From NCBI GenBank assembly GCA_009103225.1, contig RHPI01000772.1:685312-749311 (forward strand): a DNA stretch of 64,000 bases, given 5' to 3'. Position numbers and translations under genes: made by a program. Below are positions 14,969-26,152 of the stretch, in pieces (position 1 is the first letter of the stretch; each line of letters starts with the position of its first letter). The notes under the pieces were generated by a model that saw only the letters and a list, made by a program, of their open reading frames with translations, did no database searches and was not told the origin of the DNA. The stretch is from Chlorokybus atmophyticus. Lineage: Eukaryota; Plantae; Mesostigma and Chlorokybus algae.

Positions 14969-15400
14969 GGGGGCGTGTGATGTTGGGCAGTCCATACACT
15001 CAGCTGGTCATTCATACTTTGTTCATTTGCTCATTGGTTTGGTGAAAACATCAATTCGTAGAGCATGCGTTCAAGAACTTGAGTGATTGATTTACCGAGC
15101 AAACCTTCCCACAGGGGTTGGAAATCCTCTACCTAATGGTTGTATCTTGTGCTCCGTGCAGTTAAGGAACGTGATACTGGTACTTCTCTTCCTGATATTG
15201 CAATTCGCGGCGCTTGCTTGGTAAGCCAACGACATGATGCAACGCGACAGCACTTGTCACGTACAGAGTTTATGTATGTATCCATTGCGGGAAAAGCCCT
15301 TGTACTCAGAAGCGTTTCCCCTATCAGGTACTGCCTCAGTTACATCCCATTCGCGCGGCAAGTGGTCTCGAATCTGATCGGCCGGTTCGTTGGCGACTAA
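13480..15400 (+). CDS. SFT2: Vesicle transport protein, SFT2/Got1 family
   Basis: MDKLRGLF..., then RLYGFAICVGLGLICMLL, KFAVFYTAGNMLSLGSTAFLVGPWQQCKNMFKKHR and YCLSYIPFARQVV, ending TAA at 15400; four-TM SFT2 signature. Confidence 0.93.
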
Positions 15401-16584
15401 CCGTGCACAGTGGAAGTAACCCACACACATGTAAGCTTCGCTGTACAACAGTCATAGAGCATAGAGACATTTGGAATGTTTATGTCCATTGTTGCATTGC
15501 ACGCTTGTGCACGCACGGTCTAACCCTCGGCTGTTGAGTACTCATCAGCCTACAACAGCCGTCGTCAGATGGGTTGTGTACAAAAAATGCAAGTGATCAT
15601 GATACATGCAACATGCATACACATGCATTGTTAACCAAGCTCATCATCATGCAATGATAACTTACTACCGCAGTATACCTTCACGAGCCACACGTAACTA
15701 TTGTAGTTACACTACTACCTTCAACCTGTGTCTGCATTGGCCGATTTTATGTTTAGAGCCTTTCATGATTAAGCTACTATTTTACAATACGGGTGATCTG
15801 GAGAAAATGCTGCTCCAGTTCACTATAAACACCAGTCGGTTGAGATTAGATTGCTGTACCCTATGATGCAGTGCCCTGAGGAGGCACCTTGCTTGGGATT
15901 GTTTCCGACAGCTGTGTGCAAGGTGTGAGTAAACATGCTGGTCACACAATCCCTCACTGCATACTTGGTACACGAGAGCCCGCAGAATGCAGTCTTCCAA
16001 AGGTTAACACAAAGCCAGTAACAAACAATAAAGTAAATGAACCATTACTGCTCTGCAAACAGTGCGGAAGTCAGGACCCAACAAAACACCGCGTCAGCTT
16101 AACATACTGCAACGACTTACGAGTAATCTACACTGTACGTGTTCATTATAAGATAAGCATGCCATCGACAAGCCTAGCACTGAACCCAACTGTACAGACC
16201 GCACTTTCCACCATGCGACTAACTCGCCCTCTGTCACCTCACAATCAAGCTTCGCTCCAAAGCTGACAGTCACCTCACGACCACCTTTGGCACAGCTTGT
16301 GTAACATGCGCATGCTGATGGCGAGCCTTCAAAAACTCGGGTGCACGAAAGCTGGACACATGACATTGCTATCTCTAATCATAAGAGCCGGGCCAACACT
16401 GGAGTGCGTGTGACGCCTTTCAAGCTTTTTGCTGCGCAAGTCCTCACCACGCCGCTCAAAGTTGCTGTTGGTCAGGTCTGCAATGCGTGTGCGAACAACA
16501 GGGAGACGGGAGGCATGCACGAAGATCCTATGACATCTATCACATGTACAGCATATCTACAACCATGCACATTCTCATCAAGCA

Positions 16585-18995
16585 CTAAGCAGCTGCGGTG
16601 GAACCGGTTGGAGGAGCAGGAGTCACTACAACCCCGCCAGCTGATGCAACCACTGGAAGCAATCGTGCCTGCTGTTGCTGCTGTGAAGCGCTTCCAACTT
16701 CTGCAATCTCGCTCTGATCAATCGATGAATGCGGCAAGGGGCCTTCCATGAGTTGGGCAACTTGCGTTATTGCGGCTTCGTGCGGGCTGCGCGAAGACAC
16801 GGGTGTCATTAAACTTACTCAGTGAATGAGGGAGCCGGTCAAAAACATGCACCAATGTTTCCAGCAACGTGATGACTATGCCCTACACGGCACATATGCA
16901 CCACACGCCCCATACCTATGCGCACACACACGCACACACACGCATGTACGCCACCAAATAACAAGCAGGAGCACACTTGCACGCACACCCGCAACAAAAG
17001 CATGTAGCAAGTTGCTGGGCTGACATGCCATTGCTGGGCTGATCATGTGATTACCTTGGATCGCTGTCCAGTCCCATGGAGTCACCGGCAGATCCCCAAG
17101 AGGCAGACACGGCTGCCGCAGGCAACCCGACTAACTCCGACGCATCCTGCGTGCTGCCGCTCGCATGGTGCGCATTATTGGCGTGATCCTGTGAGTTTGT
17201 AAACAACAGTGATAACTATGCCCAGTACGCGCATAGTACTCACACACAACCATTTGACGACCACTCGACTGTATCGGTGGTCCTCACCTGCAGAGACTGC
17301 CATATGGCTTCCATCACCATGATGTCCTCCAGGTTCAAATCTAGCTCGGCATCCGGCCTGCCAAGGTAACAGGTTGTTATCGGCTGAAGCATGCCATGAA
17401 ATAGATGCATCGTGCTGCACACAGCAATAAGCACAAAACGCATGCATATGCAACAACACTGATGCATACCACAAGATTTGACCGAAAGGCGCATGGCGGG
17501 TCTCATACGCGGCAGCAAGCTGGCGAAGAGAAGGGGACATCGGCAGCCTGCTAAACAACCGACTTGAGTTTGAGCAACACATGCATTGTACCATGCTGAT
17601 AAATTGCACGCATCTCATTACAACCTGCAAACCAGACGTGCTTGGATGAAAGCATAGTTGCATTGGAATGCGTCGTGTACCTCATCGGGCGTGGGCTGCC
17701 AGTTACGCTCAACGGTTGTCTTGACCCGGGAAGCTCTATGGGAGGCCACCTCCGCCTTTCAGGTTGAGAGTAGAAATACAGCGTGTCGAAGGTAGACGAG
17801 GTTGCCCTCGAAGCGCGCTGTGGAGTGCCCTGCACAAGTGTGTGAGAGTTGATATCTCACTTACACAACGTGGGTGCGTATGTGTCCTGCAAGAGGAAAG
17901 CATAACAAACTGACCTCGCCGCGGGCTTGCCTCTCTTCCTGTTCACGCGCGCGCTCTGCAGCATGATCGATTTCAGCCTGCGCCTCCTCCTGGCGCGCGC
18001 GGATGCGAGCCTCGATGACACGCTGTTCCTCCTGCTTAGAAAGCTATAGCAACTCAAAACATGAGAAAACATGTAATACACTAACCGCGAAAGTGTGACA
18101 GTTATAATTGTAATTGTACCACGCGGTCTTGGCCTTTTTCTTCTTGCGATCGCGCGCCGCGGAACTCCACAGCATAGCTCGGCGCTTTGCAGAACGGACA
18201 CTGCGCTGGTCGGGACGACTGCGGGCTTCTGACTTGCAGATAGCACTCTGCAGTGTGGGTATTGCAGCCAAACTCAGCAAGGTTACATGCAAGAGTCTAA
18301 GGAATCAAAGGAACAAGCAACAACAACTCACCGGTGCAGATGCCTTTCTTGCAGCATTTGGACCGGTTCAAGTATGGGTAATGCTGCGCACAAAAAAGAG
18401 TGAAAATACAACACGGCATGAACTCTCAACGCAAATTTGTTGAATACCGCACGCACTGGCATGCAAATGACTTGAGAAAGAAAAAAAAAGGTGGGAAGAA
18501 AACAAAAAACCTTTGGTGCGTGGCACTGCTTTGCGCTGACACTAGGCATGAGACTGTCATGACGCACCTCAAGAATATTCAGATGACAACAACCCATGCA
18601 CGAGAAGCTGACACTATCTCTGCAGGTGTTGGATAGCATATGCTTAGTGAGCACATGAAGTGTCAAACAATTCAGTGCGCGACTTACATGTACCGAGCTC
18701 GTGCAATTGCACATGCATAGCAACCTCTGTAACTCAGCGTCCCCATCTGGTCTGCATGAGATAATTACGAGAGCAATTGTTTTGTGCGTACCAGGAAGCA
18801 TATGGGGCAGTCTTCAAGGTTTCCCAGCACCTCTTCGAGTCCCGGGTAGCACGGGGCGAGCTTGGCGTCGAGGATGAGGCGACGCAGCTTTTTCGGGTCG
18901 AGGTCCTTGTGGGGGTACAGCCCGGAGACGCGGGTGTAGCGTTCCTCAACGGGGGGACCTCTCGTACGCCGCAAACCGCCCAACTTGTTGCCCAT
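16585..18995 (-). CDS. RING-type E3 ubiquitin ligase, GW2/DA2-like
   Basis: MGNKLGG...[37 protein letters not shown]...CPICFL|[17 protein letters not shown]|ECYLQV...[16 protein letters not shown]|[11 protein letters not shown], and later [15 protein letters not shown], all GW2/DA2 hallmarks. The 3' end (TAG 16585-16587) is less certain. Confidence 0.9.
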
Positions 18996-20002
18996 GCTTT
19001 TGGTGTGTGTGCACGTGTGTGCGTGGGTGTAAGGGAATGTATGTGTAGGTGTATGTGGGTTTCTGGCGATTAGGCTGCCCAATCAGCTATATACACCTGC
19101 AACCGCCTGCTGCCACCGCCGTTGGCGGCTTAGCAGCTGCTGCTACCTCCCCATCATCAAGTGAGCTGAGCAATGCCACACATGGACACAGTGAAGGCGT
19201 CAGCTTGTTGATTGCCTTGGCATGCTTCCCAAGACAATCTCACGAGTGCATATGCACACGCAGTTACAGTAATGTATAGACACATATGCGTGCACAAGAA
19301 CAGGGGTCAACCAGATTGGCCGCCAACAATATCAAGCAAGTGATTGAAACTGGTTTTGTGCATTGACTACACTGATCAACAAGGAACAACACGATTTGTG
19401 TGCATGCAATCCAGGAAGCAGCTGCGTGCAGCAATCTAAGGCATGCCTGAGCTATGCAAATAGCCTAGCACACGCATGGCGGAAATAGCCATGCGTATGC
19501 TAGCCCCTCCTCGCAACAGCTGCACTTGCAGGAAACGCTTCGCTCGCTGCACCAACACTGCACAGCCAAGCTATAACAAGAGGGCACCAACCGAGCCAGC
19601 AAAGATCACGCACAATAACATGTACATACACATACTATACTGTATACACATGCAGCCCGACACAGATCGGCATGCCGTGCCAAACCCTACACGGCTGCTG
19701 CTTGACAGGGGCCAGCTTACCTGTGCTGAGAGCATTGAGCAGAGGCATCCCAGCCTGGGGACGACCACCCCCGTCCAATGAAAACCCAACAACGGCCCCG
19801 CCCCTCAAGTAACCTTCCCCCTGGACCACCCCGCCGCCTACGCCGCCGTCACCACCGCCGCCACCCACTGCCGACTCCACCGCAGGTTGCCGCGTGGCAA
19901 GGCGTCGATATCGGTGATGGCGGCGGCACGATAGTCACACGTATAACGTCGCTTGCTGCGTGGTGTATGCGCGAACGTCGTCCTGGTGTTGGCGTGTAGT
20001 TA

Positions 20003-20125
20003 TGACGCGACACGCACGTTGCTGGTCACGTTACCCCAAGTGCTCGAGGCGTGACGCACGCAGCTGTGAGGCGTGACGCGTAGCAAGCCGTTTCATAATC
20101 CGTGCTTTGTCAACAGTGACTCAGC
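20003..20125. promoter_or_regulatory. Motif cluster upstream of the GW2-like gene: GAGGCGTGACGC x2, TGACG, TGACTCA
   Basis: 12-bp direct repeat at 20046-20057 and 20068-20079; TGACG at 20003; TGACTCA near 20118. Confidence 0.5.
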
Positions 20126-21411
20126 CGGTCCTGCAACTGATGCCACGGGTAAATTATCCGGTTCATCTTCAAGAGCGAAGCTAACATGCAGGGGATGAAT
20201 CAGCTCTCGGGTGAGAAGTGTACATGTAATGTTAAGGGTAGGTAAACCATAGGTGCACAAGATGCTGAGGTTTTGTGCATAGGGTGTGCGGCTTGAATGA
20301 GCGAGTTAAGTAGCGATTGTAATAAGTGACGTGAGTTCAAGATGTCCCTATATTATTCACTTGTCACTTAATTACAGTTCATGTCACTTAATCATAGTTT
20401 CAACTTTCAGATGTTTTACTTTTCAACCATGATCAAATTGCATAACTTCATAAGGTATGTATGTAACATGCATGTTGAATGTGTAAAATTATGGAGAACA
20501 AGTAATGATACAAGGTGATACTTTCTTGCATTGTTATCAATAGCTTTATTAAATGTTTGTATATGTATATTTAATTATTATGAAAGCATTGATGCACAAG
20601 CGCAAACAAAACTATGCTAACATTACACGACGATACACGGATGACTGGTACGACAGCTTGGCATAATATCATAATGCAATACAATGACACCCTTTATATG
20701 TAAGATGAGTGTTGGACTCACCTCATGTAAAAGTGGAGGTTTCAACATATTGTAATAAGCGACAAAAATGATATCAAGAATAGTGACAATGACAATAGTT
20801 ACAATGTTTTTATATGTTACGACATTCGTTGATTTACATGATGTAAAACACGCAACATGCATGTCAATGCTTCTTGACAATGCTGCCATGATGACTACAA
20901 CGCAGATATGGAGTATGCCAAGAAATACGTATGCAACCAAATTTACTACCTCCCTCCTCGCCAGAGGGCTGGAAGGAAGGAGTGAATATTGTGAACGACT
21001 TGCTCTTTACTATGTGACCCTCATATGCCCAAAGATCTAGGTGACTGTGCATTGCAGCTGCAAACATGAAAGCAATGTGCAACATTTCCAATGCAAGTAC
21101 TTGACAATGCTCCTCCTCCACTTTGACACTCAACATCTACCTATATGCGAACAACCCTAGTTACAAGCCAATCCAACATGTACTACGCAATGCTGACAAG
21201 GACATTGCCAAGTTGTTGGCAGCATCAATAGCCAGACGCTTGTGTCATCCACAAACATGCACAGATGCAGCATACCCACATTAAGCTGGTCCTTAGCCAA
21301 TGATGTTGCCACTACAAGTGACAACCTGCAAAACCATGTTATGCATACAGTCCTCTGGAGATGAGAAGACGGCGATGGGCAACAACTGATCAATGTACCT
21401 GTGATACATCA

Positions 21412-24400
21412 TCAGTCTTCCTTTGGCTGCAACTTATCCCTTTCCTCCGAGTCTTCTTCCGATTCTTCTTCCAATTCCTCCGAATCCTCTGCACTGTCCT
21501 GCTCATCACCACCTGACTCTGTATTTGGCTCCATGATCGGCTCTTCAATAGCGTCGACAATCGAGCCATCACTGGAATCATCGATTAATTCCTCCTCTGG
21601 TTCTTCAAGAGGCTCCTCCTTGGCCAGAAAGCGCAAAAGCCCATCCATTTCCCAAGCATTGACAACTTGGTCTCGCGTGGCCTGTCACCAAGTCCCAAAT
21701 GTTTTATATTGGCAATTTAACATCAACAGCATGGCCAACAGCAATGGTAATAGCATCAACCAACTCACCCAAGCGCGGCGTGCCAGCGCAGTGGAGTAGA
21801 AGCCAGCATTGCGCGAACTCGACACATTACCATGGTCAGCATCGCTGTCGGTGTTGAGGATCATGCAACACCCATTGTCAAGTGCACGCCTCAGCTGCCA
21901 GTGATTCAACGGGGATGTTGCTGCGTCCACTTCAACCGCCACCATGTGCTCGGCGCATGCCGTGAACACACGCTCCCAATCAAGCACCTCTGCCACCTGT
22001 GAAAACGATCACTTAGCTCCTTGCAAACAACATGCACGTGCATAGAGTGACATGTGTACTTCTGATGGTGTGTAATGCAATCGACAAGCAGTCTTACTTG
22101 TGTGTGAAGCGACAGGATGTTCACACGCGGGTGGTTGATGGCAGCGACGACACGCAATGTGTTGGCATCCGTGTGCTTTGCATCGTCTGTCTCCACATCA
22201 ACATGAGCAATTACCACATCCGCGGCTTGCAGGACCTCTTCCGAAGCCGCGAGCCCTCCCTCCGCCGTCACTAACACCTCCACGCCCTGGAAGGTGTGCA
22301 CGCCAGCCGTGTCATCTATCGTCACATTCTTCCTCTTCTTGAGTATGGCCGCAGCGTCGGTGTCTTTCTCCCCCGGCAGGTTGCAAGCAGTATACTGCAG
22401 GATGCAAACAACGTACTGCATGCCGCTTATTCGCGTCAACACGGAGTCGAGGCTGCTGTCGGCCTCGACGCGAAGCACGCCGCCATGGATGTGTGAAGGC
22501 TGGATGAGGTCGTCGGGTATCTCCCGCGTGAACTCACCCGCGTTCTCACGCAGCTCTGGCGGGACAAAGGACACGCCGAGAGTGGTGTAAACTTGCTCCT
22601 CCTGCATGACACAGAACATGCCCACATTGATTGGTGGCCTTTATGCTGCAGCCAACATTCCAATGCACAATGACATGTGTCATACAACATGTTGACAAGT
22701 AGAAGTAGGCCTCCTAGACTTGCGCAAGTAAGTCACGTACGCAAGTATTGCAGCACGCACTCACCTCTTCGCAGAAGACTTCTTCGCGGTTCTTTGTTCT
22801 GGGCGCAAGGGAGTACTCTGACAGGGAGTATCCTTTGCTCAGCGCAATGTTGCGCAGTGCCACATTGTGCTCCTTGGATCCCGTAAAATACTGTTGCAAG
22901 CGATATACACGTGTTGTGTCCATTGCTGCTGTTGGTCATGCATAAACACCGCAAGGCTCCAGTTGAAGTTTGTGGCTACCTGCAGCGCTGTCCCCCATGA
23001 CCTGGGCTCAATCACCCGCACGTCCACTTGCATCCCGCTCTCTCTGAGCACCCCGCTTGCTTTGGTGTTGCCCTGCAAACCCACACAATCAGGCCACTCC
23101 CATCAATGAAAGAGACACAACCATTCACACACAACATTGGCGGCCTACTTGCACGAGCATGCGTTGGATCTGAGGCATCCGTGAGAAGGCGGACATGATC
23201 GAGGATGCGAAGCTACTATCTGCCGCCACGAGGATGTCAATGTCGCCAATGGTCGCGCGCATGCGACGCAATGAGCCCGACACTGAAGCCTTGTGTACAC
23301 CTGAGCATGCAGGGGATCTCTTAATTGTTGCACAACTCACATACTCTCATATTCCTCACAAGCTCGCTTAACTGCATAGAGCATGCATCATTGCGTACAT
23401 ATACATGCAAACATACACACACATACACACACAACACAAGAAAGTAAGCACACATACGGCACTTAACATAGGTATACTTACACATCACCCTATGACTTGA
23501 CTTTGCAATCGCTGTCATCAATACACTTGCTGGAATCGTAAGGCTCACCCTGGATGGCTCGAAGTCCAGCAACCAAGTCCTCGGCAATCTGCCACACGTC
23601 CTTGAGGGGCAAGCGGCGTTCTTCCGTTCCGGGTTGGTGGGTGGGCTGCGCCAGAGCGGCTGTGGCTGCAGCCAGAAGCTTTGCGGCACTCCTTGGACCT
23701 ATGCCTGGCAACCTGCACAGTGCTTGAGTTAATGTATGTGCATGCACGGTTTTTTAAAGCCTTCCTTTATGCATGTAAAAAGTGTGCCATTGCTGCTCTG
23801 TATGTGTGCGTGCGTCTGCTGGTGCGCATGTGTGTTGTCAAAGCATGTTAAAGCATTCTTGATTTGGTGTAAGTGCATGCAGATACGCGTGCAAAACACC
23901 AGTGCAAGTTGTTGAATGCACTTTGCTCTTGACTTTGCACAGCAACTTCAATATGCTAGGAAACAACAGCGCAACTGCACATGCACGCGTACAACTATGG
24001 GCATCAACACTGAACATGCACTGCACTTACGATGTAAGCAGCCCAGCCTTGCCTGCAGCTTCCAGCTCCTCCACGGTCTATGCACAAGCAATAAAAACAT
24101 GAGCACAAAATACGACATGACACTGTATGACACAACCCTGGACCACCACTGACCTCGATGCCGGCCTTCCAGAATTGTGAAGCACGTTTGGGCCCAACAC
24201 CCTCAATCCTGTTTGCGTTGATGTTCGGTCAGCAAGGCTGCGACCACCACTTAGTGCTACTCTAATACCAACCCATACCACAATTGTACCTGGTCATCTC
24301 AATCACGCCTGGCGGGATCTCTGCATTGAGCCGGTCGAGCAGGTCAAACGTGCCCGAGCGCAGCAGAGACGCTATCTTCTCCGCTATCTGCTTGCCAACT

Positions 24401-25670
24401 CCCTCTAAAGTCTGCATTACACAAGATGCTGGGATGAGTCCAATCAAGGCACGCATGCAAAACTCTACTTGAGCAAGATTGCTTGGGGCAGTGTTTGCCA
24501 GCACTTGCACTTGCTAATGTTGCTGCAGTGGGTGCATGCGACAGCTGCATCAAGAATTGCTTCCAGGGTCATGCAAAAACTAAGCAACCTGCAACTGGCC
24601 TCGTCGCCACAGGTCGATCATGCTCTCATCAGCATTCTCAATGCGCTGAGCGGCAGCTCGGTAAGCTGTCACTTGAAACTTGCCCTCGCCCTCACCTGCG
24701 CAAATGTAACTGCGTGATGCTGTGTCAATGTGTAGTGAGGAACAATGTATGTTTGACTTCTACTGACCCTTGATTGCCAGGAGGTCTGCGAGGTGGTTGA
24801 ACACGCGCGCAATGGCTTCATTCGACATCATCTTGTAATCGCCCTGGCCTGGCTGCTCTGCCTCTTGATGCTCCCCTCTGAACATTGAGTAGACAATTAT
24901 TAGCACTATCAACAAACCGAGAACATCCAATTGCAAACCATGCATGCAGCAGTTCTGGTGTGAATGCTGTTTGCACAAATGCAGCCCTGGGCAACCAGCA
25001 TCAAGGCCAACCCGTTTGCACCCCACAAGTATAGTATAGTCAGCAAGGTTGCCTTGCAAATACAACTACTATGAATAGAAACTCGCCGCAGTGACCGTGA
25101 CTGTGGTTCTTGCACTTGCATGAATTGCGAACCCAAAGCAATTAGCTTTTGCATTCAATCGTTGACCTTGCTTCCTGCGTATTTTTGTACTTACTTGGTG
25201 CTGCTGCCAACTTCTTTCTTGACCCTCTTCTTGCGGGCAGGGGTGGCGGGAGCAGTGGCAGCATCGCCATCGCCAGTGGCAGCGTCAGTGGCGGCGGCGA
25301 AGGTGTCCTCCTTCTCCTGCTCCTGGGTCTGCTGGACTTCCTCCTGCGTGTCGGCTACCTGGTTGGCCGCCGCCCTGGTGCTGTCGGACTTGAAGTAGTG
25401 CTCCAGTGTGCGGGGGCTCATAGTGCTCGAGGAGGGTGTCGTTGCTGTTGTCCTGCGCGTGGGCGTTGTCCTGCTCCTCAGCCAGGTGCGCCTGCTGCTA
25501 CCTGTGGAGGTGAACAAGCTAGCTCTTGCCCTACCAACCACCTCACAGTGTGGTCTGGCTCCACCGCCGCCGCTGGAAGCCAGCAACACTCCCCCCAGGC
25601 GGGGCGCCCATGGCCGTCTCCCCGACGACGAGGACAACGCCCATGCCGCCGCCCATGCGCCACATCTCAT
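21412..25670 (-). CDS. Bacterial-type family X DNA polymerase with degenerate PHP domain, N-terminal extension and acidic tail; intron-containing
   Basis: Spliced exons: [41 protein letters not shown] (HhH), [39 protein letters not shown] (DxD within 23230-23247), MQVDVRV (third Asp), [33 protein letters not shown], then PHP-like QGVEV...HPRVNIL...LDWERVF...VAVEV...NTD...ARRAW. Colinear with bacterial PolX-PHP. Stop TGA at 21412-21414. Confidence 0.92.
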
Positions 25671-26152
25671 GGCCGGCGCCGCCAGCAGCAACGACCACAA
25701 CAACAACAACCACAATTGTGCAAAAAGGGCGGGAACCAATCTTCATCTTGCCATGCTGCCTGTCGGCGGTGGCAGTGGTGGCCTATCGTCAGTGTCCTCC
25801 TGCGTATTCTCCTTGTCGTCCTTGTCGTTGTCGGCATCGTGCTCATGCTCCTGCTCCTACGCCTACTCCTACTCCCGCTGCTGGCGCAGAGGGCCGTTGC
25901 TGCTGGCGCCCTTGAGGGCCAGACTGGGTGGAAGGTGGACAGAGGCATGCATGCTTAGTTGCTGCCTGTTGTGGTGGTGGTGGTGGTGGTGGTAGTCGTT
26001 GCTGTTGTTTGAGTTGTTGTCATTATGCCTGTTGTCGTTTGTGCTGAGCTGTGTTGTGTGGTTGTCTTGCGTTTGTTCTCAACAGGTGGCAGCGACCCTA
26101 TTGCAGTGTTTCCTCCCGGAAAAGTGACGACTGGTGTAAGAAGCTAGTTGTC

